Origin: Alphaproteobacteria bacterium
Lineage (GTDB): Bacteria > Pseudomonadota > Alphaproteobacteria > UBA7887
Direction: 5' to 3'
Length of the DNA: 64,000 nucleotides
NCBI GenBank assembly: GCA_965216755.1
Contig: CBDCGL010000011.1
Coordinates: forward strand, 1,376,001 to 1,440,000
The position numbers were made by a program, and so were the translations under genes. The notes beneath the pieces were generated by a model that saw nothing but the letters and a program-made list of their open reading frames with translations, made no database searches and was not told the DNA's origin. Positions 56,859 to 64,000 of this stretch are shown here, piece by piece (positions within the stretch are counted from its first letter, which is position 1; each line of letters begins with the position of its first letter).

Positions 56859-57304
56859 CACATCGTCGCGTTTCACACAATTTGAGATTTGCCAGTGCCG
56901 CCGGCATAACAGCAAACGCACAGGAAGCGTAGAAAGAGATAGGCGCCAATCGCAAGATACAGAACACCATGCCGCCGCCATCGACGGCGGATGCACGGAA
57001 TCGTCGCAACATAACTATCTGATATTATATATGTTTGACAATTTGACGTTGGCTCGCATATTGAAACACCGTAAAAACCCGCACGCGCGCGATCTCGACA
57101 CGTGTCGCGCGATTGCCGCGTCGTTGTGGGCGAAATCATAAATGAAACGGGTGGCGGGTTCGATCATTTCGGTGAAACGGTTCATTTTGAAATTCGCGCG
57201 TAGCATAGTGCTGACCGTGCCGCAAGCCCCATCCAAAGACAAACCGCATCGTATCAACGAACAAGTCCAAGAACATGGACTCTCGACAATGAGAGGAGCG
57301 CAGA

Positions 57305-57709
57305 TTGCCCACATCTTATCGGATTGCAGTTGGCTTTATCGCTATCGTACTATCTTTTCGCATAGCATCAGTATCGGCCGACGATTTCTCCATTGATTTC
57401 AGTTGGGAGGGAATCGCCCGATGCTCTTCCACACCACCCGATATCAAGCTGGTCAATGTTCCAGACGACACGGCACGATTTCAGATCAAACTCGTCGACC
57501 TTGATTTTACAGCTTTCAATCACGGTGGCGGTATCGCGCCATATACCGGCGACGACAAGATCCGCGAAAGCGACTATGAGTCTGAAGATTATCGGGGGCC
57601 TTGTCCGCCCGGCGACACGCACACATACGAGTTTACAGTTCAAGCCTTGGGTGAAGATGGCAGCGTACGCGCCGAAGCACGGGCCAGCGGCGATTTTCCA
57701 CACAAATAG
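57305..57709 (+). CDS. Secreted YbhB/YbcL (PEBP) family protein
   Basis: Signal peptide; DLD..FNHGGG, YRGPCPP..HTYEFTVQAL; GAGGAG RBS. Confidence 0.75.
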   Translation: MPTSYRIAVGFIAIVLSFRIASVSADDFSIDFSWEGIARCSSTPPDIKLVNVPDDTARFQIKLVDLDFTAFNHGGGIAPYTGDDKIRESDYESEDYRGPCPPGDTHTYEFTVQALGEDGSVRAEARASGDFPHK

Positions 57710-58920
57710 TGCCGACCCAGCCACGGGAGAGCCAATCGGTGGACCGACTTAGGAATTGCTACGACATCGGTGATCTTCGTGCTGCCGCGCGCCGTCGGCT
57801 GCCACGGGCGATATTCGATTTTATCGATGGCGGGGCTGACGACGAAGTGACTCTGCGCGGCAACGAATCGGGATTTGGTCGTTACGCCCTGGTCCCCGAA
57901 GTGCTCAAAGACGTGTCGGTTGTCGACATGACAACAACTGTAATGGGCCAATCCGTGTCAATGCCCTTGATCTTGGCGCCAACCGGCCTCACGCGCTTGT
58001 TTCATCCTGAGGGCGAAAAAGCCGTGCTCCGCGCAGCGAAGCGTGCGGGCACCATTTATTCGTTGTCGTCGGGTTCGAGTGTGTCGATCGAAGATATCGG
58101 AGCCCTCACCAATGGGCAAAAATGGCTACAAATCTACGTTTGGAAGGATCGAAGTTTGGTGCGCGATTTTATCGCACGCGCACGCGCCGCCGGATTTCAT
58201 GCGCTATGTCTGACAGTCGACGTCCAGGTCTTGGGCAATCGCCAACGCGATTTCTACAATGGCATGACTGTGCCGCCGCGGCTGACACCACGAACATTGG
58301 CCGATGTCGCGGTCCATCCCGATTGGTGGTTCAAGCTTGTTACAAGCCCACCGCTCAGCCTTGCCAACGTCACCGGCAAAGCCGCGGCCATCGGCGACGA
58401 TCTTTCCACAGTCGCGGCATACATCAACGACCAATTGGACCCATCAGTCGATTGGGACGACGCGGCGCAAATGATCGAAGATTGGGGTGGACCCTTCGCG
58501 ATCAAGGGCATCCTCAGTGCTGAGGATGCAATGCGCGCTGTTGATATTGGCGCGAGTGGCATTATCGTTTCAAATCATGGTGGACGCCAGTTGGACCAAA
58601 CGCCGGCTACGGTGGATGTCTTGCCAGAAATTGTCGAAGCGGTCGCAGGGCGGGCGGACGTGATTTTGGACGGCGGGATACGCCGCGGCACCGATATCGT
58701 CAAGGCGCTTGCACTGGGCGCCACAGCATGCATGTGCGGCCGCCCCTATCTTTACGGCGTCGCGGCCGGCGGGGAAGCAGGCGTGCGGAAGGCACTCAAC
58801 ATATTTGGGAGCGAAATCGCGCGCGATATGGCGCTGGTTGGTGTCAACCGAGTCGACGATCTAGGGCTGCGGCACTTACGCCGCAACGACGGGCCACGGG
58901 GCTATCCGCACAATCGGTGA
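57709..58920 (+). CDS. FMN-dependent alpha-hydroxy acid dehydrogenase (LldD/glycolate oxidase family)
   Basis: FDFIDGGADDE.T, LAPTG, WLQIY, LTVD, KGI, VSNHGGRQLD, DGGIRRGTD..KALALGA, GRPYLYG. Confidence 0.93.
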   Translation: MPTQPRESQSVDRLRNCYDIGDLRAAARRRLPRAIFDFIDGGADDEVTLRGNESGFGRYALVPEVLKDVSVVDMTTTVMGQSVSMPLILAPTGLTRLFHPEGEKAVLRAAKRAGTIYSLSSGSSVSIEDIGALTNGQKWLQIYVWKDRSLVRDFIARARAAGFHALCLTVDVQVLGNRQRDFYNGMTVPPRLTPRTLADVAVHPDWWFKLVTSPPLSLANVTGKAAAIGDDLSTVAAYINDQLDPSVDWDDAAQMIEDWGGPFAIKGILSAEDAMRAVDIGASGIIVSNHGGRQLDQTPATVDVLPEIVEAVAGRADVILDGGIRRGTDIVKALALGATACMCGRPYLYGVAAGGEAGVRKALNIFGSEIARDMALVGVNRVDDLGLRHLRRNDGPRGYPHNR

Positions 58921-58938
58921 AACGTGAACGACCGACCA

Positions 58939-58974
58939 ATGACCGCCGGGGCGCGCGGGCCGCCCGGCGGTCAT
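58939..58974. terminator. Perfect 12-bp inverted repeat between convergent genes
   Basis: ATGACCGCCGGG-(12 nt)-CCCGGCGGTCAT; no U-tract on either side. Confidence 0.45.
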
Positions 58975-59007
58975 CCAAGCCCTTGGGAGGCTGTGCACGG
59001 TCGTTGA

Positions 59008-60021
59008 CTAGAGCATCGTCCGGATGGCAACGCGTTCCGATTTACTGAGTTCGCCGAAGACAATGTCCTCTGAATATTTCATTGCAAGCGGCAAACCATT
59101 TTCAAGGCTGTAGACGATCGTCCCCTCATAAGCCACCTCGAAATCGTCAAAATCGATCCCGTCAACCACTTGTTGCCCACCATCAAGCGACTGAGCGGCC
59201 TGGCTCATGAAAGCCTTGAGCTGCGATCGCAGAACTTCGTGGTCGGGCTCACGCCAGACTTCAAACGTCACGGTGCGGGCGTCGTGATCGATTTCGGAAA
59301 TGCCGTAGTAAAACTTTCCTGGGATGGGCTGACCGAGGAACGGTGATACCAACTGATCGTCCAGCGAGTAGACCGCGTCAACTTCCAATTCTACGCCGCA
59401 CAAGAAATAATAGAGACGGGCGTGTTCCAATACGGCGTTCTCCAGATATTCGGGATCATTCATTTGACCCATCATACTCTGGACCAGCGCATTGACTTGC
59501 TCAGGCATGCCTTGTGACCTGAGCTCACCGCTAATTTCTTGCAGCGACCTTTGGATGACGGCGGTCACCTCTTGGCGATTCGCGAGACTACTTACAGATC
59601 CGAACCTATCCATTTTGATCCGGATTGGAGTGTCTTCCTCCATCCGTTCCAAACGCTCGACCAATGTATCAGGCAACAGGGCGTTGCCGTCCATCTCGTA
59701 ATCCTCAACATCCCACACCAGCGTATGGCCGAGAGGTGTTACATGCCGAACCGTTGCACGACCAATCGATCGATGCTTTTCCGACCTTACTGTTTGCTGG
59801 CCGCGCCGCTCCTCGGAAACGATGATCGTTTCCATGCGATAGCTTTCGCCGTTCGCCCGCGTCGTCGGCAATTCAATAGTCTCGACGCCCGCAGTCTCGC
59901 TCATGTCCGACGGTTGATCGGTGCCCCCAACGTGGGGACCCGCACATGAAGCGACAAAAGCCATAGAAAAGGCGACAATTGTGGGTTTCCATGCAAATCT
60001 TGCAAAAATTGAATTAATCAT
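59008..60021 (-). CDS. Hypothetical lipoprotein
   Basis: Signal peptide ending FVASC (lipobox); acidic 337-aa protein with coding-like composition; family not recognised. Confidence 0.65.
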   Translation of the reverse strand: MINSIFARFAWKPTIVAFSMAFVASCAGPHVGGTDQPSDMSETAGVETIELPTTRANGESYRMETIIVSEERRGQQTVRSEKHRSIGRATVRHVTPLGHTLVWDVEDYEMDGNALLPDTLVERLERMEEDTPIRIKMDRFGSVSSLANRQEVTAVIQRSLQEISGELRSQGMPEQVNALVQSMMGQMNDPEYLENAVLEHARLYYFLCGVELEVDAVYSLDDQLVSPFLGQPIPGKFYYGISEIDHDARTVTFEVWREPDHEVLRSQLKAFMSQAAQSLDGGQQVVDGIDFDDFEVAYEGTIVYSLENGLPLAMKYSEDIVFGELSKSERVAIRTML

Positions 60022-60374
60022 GCGAGCTCCACGACACAGGTTTTGGGTTTTGGCGTGTTGTGACGCCAAAGTCGGCCCCAACAAAAATAGTTGTGTCCAT
60101 CAAGCAGACAACCTGAAAAAAGCGACGTGCTCATAATCTGGCCGTATCGTGGAATGAGTGTGATCAGTTCTATGTATTCAAAAAATTCTTCGGTTCTTTC
60201 GTTCTATACTTTAAGAAACCATAACTAAAATGTCGCATTTATTTTCCTCTATACTTGATTTAATTTTATCCGCACGCTCAATATGGTCGGAAAGTGCGCT
60301 CGGCATTCAGATCCTCAGAAACGCAATGCTGATGCTGCGTCATCAAGCATCGTATCCACTCTGTGGATGTGCTC

Positions 60375-61178
60375 CTATCCGCAACTGGCGGATAGACCGC
60401 CATCGACAATGAGTTCGGTGGCCGTGACATAGCGCGCTTCATCTGAGGCAAGAAACAGCGATGCATGGGCGACATCCCAGGCGTCACCCATTTTTCCGGT
60501 TGGACACTGCGCGTCGCGCGCCGCCACCATCGCTGCCGCGTCACCGTCGCCATACTGTGTCGCAATGCGAGCCGTCACCAAAGGTGTGTTCATCAGGCCG
60601 GGCAACACACAATTTGCGCGCAGGCCCTGGCGGGCATATTGCAGCGCAACACCTCGCGTAAACTGAATGAGCCCGGCTTTGGCGGCCTGATAAGACGCCA
60701 TCGCCCGATCGCCCAGCGCGCGGATACCTGCAACCGACGATACGTTGACGATCACGCCACCGCCGTGATCCAAGATCACGGGTATCGCGTGCTTGCATGT
60801 GAGAAATGCTGACTTCAGGTTAAACGCAATTGCGCCGTCCCAGGCAGCTTCGCTTAGCTCCACCGGCCCGCCGGGAATTGACCCGCCAACATTATTTTGC
60901 AGGATATCTATCCGGCCGAATCGTGCCACGCACATTTGTACGGCCTTCGCAACGTCCGTCGAATTGGTGGCATCAGCCTGCCCAGCCGCGGCACTTCCGC
61001 CCTCGCCGCGAATCAAACTGACAGTCTCTCTTGCCGCCACTCCATCAATGTCTACGGCGAACACGTCGGCGCCCTCGCGAGCGAACAACATGGCTGTTGC
61101 TTTGCCGTTGCCCCAACCCGGCCCGACGGATCCCGCGCCCATGACAAAGGCAACCTTGTTCCGCAATCGACCCGCCAT
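60375..61178 (-). CDS. SDR family oxidoreductase
   Basis: KVAFVMGAGSVGPGWGNG, LQNNVG, NVSS, YQAAKAG, RANCVLPGLMNTP, LFLASDEA. Confidence 0.92.
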   Translation of the reverse strand: MAGRLRNKVAFVMGAGSVGPGWGNGKATAMLFAREGADVFAVDIDGVAARETVSLIRGEGGSAAAGQADATNSTDVAKAVQMCVARFGRIDILQNNVGGSIPGGPVELSEAAWDGAIAFNLKSAFLTCKHAIPVILDHGGGVIVNVSSVAGIRALGDRAMASYQAAKAGLIQFTRGVALQYARQGLRANCVLPGLMNTPLVTARIATQYGDGDAAAMVAARDAQCPTGKMGDAWDVAHASLFLASDEARYVTATELIVDGGLSASCG

Positions 61179-61230
61179 CGCACACCTCCGTTATTTGATG
61201 CTAGACTGTTACGGTCAGCAACATTTGAGT

Positions 61231-61620
61231 ATGACCATGCAAGATGATCGCCGCATCCCGCATCACTCCGAGAACTATACGTGCGACGGGGAGAATGTCG
61301 CTGCAGAGACTGTCGACCGCATCGAAGGCGCACAGGCGAGCGCGCCGCTGCAAATTAAACCGCTCTTGACCGGCGACAACATGTTTCTAATGGAGATTAG
61401 ACGGTCAAAAGGTCTTGTTGATGCCACCCACGCGCACGCAGACCATGAATCAATGTGCTATTTGGTCAGCGGGCGCATGCGCGTTATCATCGATGGCAAC
61501 GAATTTGTCGCCAAGGCTGGCGACAGTTGGATACATCCTCCCGGCGTTGCCCATTACAGTGAAACGTTGGAAGACTCCGTGCAGGTTGAAGTCAAGTCGC
61601 CACCAAGACGGACATGGTGA
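61231..61620 (+). CDS. Cupin domain protein
   Basis: HAHADHESMCYLVSG...AGDSWIHPPGVAH (cupin motifs 1 and 2), EVKSPP. Lies in the 3' part of track ORF 60793..61620. Confidence 0.8.
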   Translation: MTMQDDRRIPHHSENYTCDGENVAAETVDRIEGAQASAPLQIKPLLTGDNMFLMEIRRSKGLVDATHAHADHESMCYLVSGRMRVIIDGNEFVAKAGDSWIHPPGVAHYSETLEDSVQVEVKSPPRRTW

Positions 61621-61731
61621 CGGATGTAACAACAATCGATCACACGTTCGGTACATCGTGACCCGATGGACGGTTCCGCGATATGATGGCTGTCCCGTAG
61701 TTTGGGCCCAAAAAATGCGAGGGATGGCATC

Positions 61732-62211
61732 ATGATTAAAGGCCTGCATCACAACGCCTATCGCTGTCGCGACTCGGAGACCACGCGCCAGTTTTATGAG
61801 GATTTCTTGGGCATGCGTTTGGCCGGGAGTTTGAAGATCGACACGACGGTCACTGGTCGCCCCACGAACGTACTGCACACATTCTATGAGTTGGATGATG
61901 GTTCATATCTGGCCTTCTTTGAGGCCCCAGACATGCCATTTGAATTCAAGGATCAGCACGACTTCGACTTACATATCGCGCTTGAAGTGAGCCGTGATGA
62001 TCTCCAGTCGATGTTCGATAGAGGCAAGGCGGAAGGCCGCGAAATCCGCGGCGTGTCGAACCACGGATTCATACGTTCGATTTATTTCCGCGACCCGAAT
62101 GGTTATGTAATCGAACTGGCGGCCAAACAGGACGGTCAAGATCACGCCATGGACCCGCGACAAAACCGTGCGCGCGATATCCTTGACGACTGGCAAGCCA
62201 CCAAGGTCTAG
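61732..62211 (+). CDS. VOC/glyoxalase family protein
   Basis: IKGLHHNAYRCRD, FYEDFLG, LHTFY, LAFF, LHIALEV, SIYFRDPNGYVIEL. Confidence 0.9.
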   Translation: MIKGLHHNAYRCRDSETTRQFYEDFLGMRLAGSLKIDTTVTGRPTNVLHTFYELDDGSYLAFFEAPDMPFEFKDQHDFDLHIALEVSRDDLQSMFDRGKAEGREIRGVSNHGFIRSIYFRDPNGYVIELAAKQDGQDHAMDPRQNRARDILDDWQATKV

Positions 62212-62233
62212 CGCACTTTCTGCGTAAATAAGG

Positions 62234-63019
62234 CTATTCGTGCGCGACCAGCCAATCGTGCGCCGCCCGTTGCGCTTCAGCGACTTGTTCCGTCGTCATC
62301 TCCGAAACCAAACGGTCCCGCCGACGCTGCGCCTGGCCGGCTTGTTGCCGCGTGAATTTGGCGTATGCGGCACGGTCGCCTTCTATTTGCGCGCAATCAG
62401 CCTCTTTCGCGTCTTGATCCGCTTGCGCGCTCTCTCGCTCATAGTTTCGATGGGCAATATCGTACCACATATATGCCATCACATAGTTGCGTGCCACACC
62501 TTTGCCTTCGCTCAAGACACGCGCGAGGTCACTCTGTGCCCAAACGAAATTCTGTTCGGCCGCGCGCTCGTACCATTCCGCCGCCTTGTCATCGGCCTGT
62601 GCGACGCCTTCACCTTGTTCATAAAGAACGCCCAGCGCCCGTTGCGCCGCAGGAAAATCTTGGTTGGCGGCCCGAAAATAGAGTTTTGCAGCTGTTCCAG
62701 CATCGCGCCCGACACCGATGCCGAGCGAATAAAGGCCGGCCAGCGCGTATAACGCTTCATCGTAGCCTTGCTTCGCAGCACGCTGATACCACTCGGCGGC
62801 GGCGATGAAGTCTTGGATATATTTGCCGCTTTGATAGATTTTGGCGATTTCGTGCTGCGCTGACGGATCCCCAGAATCGGCCAAGGGTCGTAGTTCGGCA
62901 AGAGCATCTTGATAGTTGCCACAAAGGACTGCGTGTTTGGCCTCGTCCAAGCCGGCATCGCTGGGCGCCGCGCCGATAATGACCAAAAGACCGGCCCCCG
63001 CTGTCGCCCGCCAGAACAT
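62234..63019 (-). CDS. Secreted Sel1-repeat protein
   Basis: Signal peptide; repeats such as AAEWYQRAAKQG, AQRALGVLYEQGEGV, AYMWY..A; C-terminal MTTEQVAEAQ. Confidence 0.85.
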   Translation of the reverse strand: MFWRATAGAGLLVIIGAAPSDAGLDEAKHAVLCGNYQDALAELRPLADSGDPSAQHEIAKIYQSGKYIQDFIAAAEWYQRAAKQGYDEALYALAGLYSLGIGVGRDAGTAAKLYFRAANQDFPAAQRALGVLYEQGEGVAQADDKAAEWYERAAEQNFVWAQSDLARVLSEGKGVARNYVMAYMWYDIAHRNYERESAQADQDAKEADCAQIEGDRAAYAKFTRQQAGQAQRRRDRLVSEMTTEQVAEAQRAAHDWLVAHE

Positions 63020-63047
63020 TGCCACACTCTTCTCCCTAGCGTTGCTG

Positions 63048-63479
63048 CTATTTCTTGATTTCACCTGCCTCGTGCCGCTTGCGGTTTTCGTCACGCAGAT
63101 ACGCAATGATCTTCCAAATATCGTCACCTTCCATCGATCCACCAAAAGCCCCCATCTGGGTATTTGGAATCCCAGCGGCGATATTGTAAAAGACGCGTTC
63201 ATTGGAGCCACCGAACTTCCACTTGTCATCGGTCAGGTCCGGCCCCTTCGCGCCGCGACCACCGCCACCATGGCAGTAAACACAACGTGCCCCGAAGCGC
63301 TCTTTGCCGTGCGCGATCGCGTCGGTATCACCTTCAAATTCATTCACTACGTCGTCAACGACGTCATCCGCCGCCTGGGCGGATACCGGCCCAATCACGA
63401 CGAGAGTGAAAATCGCAAAGACTCCACCGATATAGCTCGAAATTGTGCGTTTCCTCGCCACGAAATCCGTCGTTTTCAT
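63048..63479 (-). CDS. Monoheme c-type cytochrome (quinoprotein-associated, XoxG/PedF-like)
   Basis: Signal peptide; CVYCH, GPDLTDDKW, GIPNTQMGAF, IWKIIAY. Confidence 0.85.
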   Translation of the reverse strand: MKTTDFVARKRTISSYIGGVFAIFTLVVIGPVSAQAADDVVDDVVNEFEGDTDAIAHGKERFGARCVYCHGGGGRGAKGPDLTDDKWKFGGSNERVFYNIAAGIPNTQMGAFGGSMEGDDIWKIIAYLRDENRKRHEAGEIKK

Positions 63480-63517
63480 TGGTCTTTCTTTTACTCCAGA
63501 CTTTCTTTTACTTTGCG

Positions 63518-64000
63518 TCAGCTCTTATCTTGAAATGGAGGGTAGAACGGCATGCCGTAGCCCTCGACGATTTCCTCAATCCGGCCACTTTCCAGCATGC
63601 GCGCAATCGACTCATCGATAAACGCCTTCAAAGCGGTCTCCTTCGCGGGCACGGCCATGGCCAAATTCCACCGTAGACCGGGCAAAGGCGCGAAATCCTC
63701 AACCGTCCGAAACTGTGCATCAGGATGGTTCTTCAGCGCCTTCGCGATCGCCGCCGAATAAACCATCGCGGCGTCGACCTCGCCTTCCGCCATGCCGCGC
63801 ATGACACGGCGATTGCCGTTATACAACTCTCGATCGATCTCGTTATCGAACAGATACGCATCCATAGGTGTCGTCATCGCCACACCTACTTTGTGCTTGC
63901 CCCGAATCTCTTCAAGAGAGCGGGCATCACCGGCCGCACCTTGCACCACCAAAACATATCCCATCCCGAGATAAGGAGCTGAAAATACAAGGTTTTTCTC
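63518..64000 (-). CDS. Periplasmic substrate-binding-fold protein, MxaJ/XoxJ-like (3' part; starts beyond the window's right edge)
   Basis: Frame is open to the edge: FSAPYLGMGYVLV, VGV..TTP, GEVDAAMV, MAV...L...ID, I..IVEGYGMPF; directly upstream of the cytochrome c gene. Confidence 0.7.
   Translation of the reverse strand, partial: EKNLVFSAPYLGMGYVLVVQGAAGDARSLEEIRGKHKVGVAMTTPMDAYLFDNEIDRELYNGNRRVMRGMAEGEVDAAMVYSAAIAKALKNHPDAQFRTVEDFAPLPGLRWNLAMAVPAKETALKAFIDESIARMLESGRIEEIVEGYGMPFYPPFQDKS

Overview
A GC-rich chromosomal segment whose gene content and B12 gene arrangement suggest an Alphaproteobacterium (inference). It has five parts. (1) 1-4.4 kb: a minus-strand cell-envelope module (beta-helix protein, YcbK/M15 peptidase, YcbB-like L,D-transpeptidase, MlaF-like ATPase, glycine-zipper lipoprotein) with a perfect FNR box upstream. 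(2) 4.4-26.9 kb: a 20-gene cobalamin biosynthesis and cobalt-uptake cluster with a cobalamin riboswitch before cobW. It mixes early-insertion genes (cbiX, cbiD, cbiG domain) with late-insertion genes (cobN, cobW) and is laid out in nine strictly alternating strand blocks. A 464-bp hairpin-rich MITE-like element sits between cobA and cobB. (3) 27-46 kb: an atypical PQQ-dehydrogenase-family gene, an enolase-superfamily gene, an orphan Wzy/WaaL-like gene, a membrane-anchored patatin, an orphan Mo-hydroxylase large subunit, a coupled Gfo/Idh/MocA-GT2-GMC operon and a GT11 gene. (4) 46-62 kb: mixed catabolic genes, including pobA divergent from a TRAP operon that ends in a short MetE-like gene, plus an EAL remnant. 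(5) The 3' end of a probable quinoprotein dehydrogenase operon (MxaJ/XoxJ-like protein, cytochrome c, Sel1). I saw no tRNA, rRNA, CRISPR array, integrase or transposase. All calls come from motif recognition by eye; no searches were run. Start codons were adjusted from the ORF track where an RBS, gene overlap or family N-terminus supported it.
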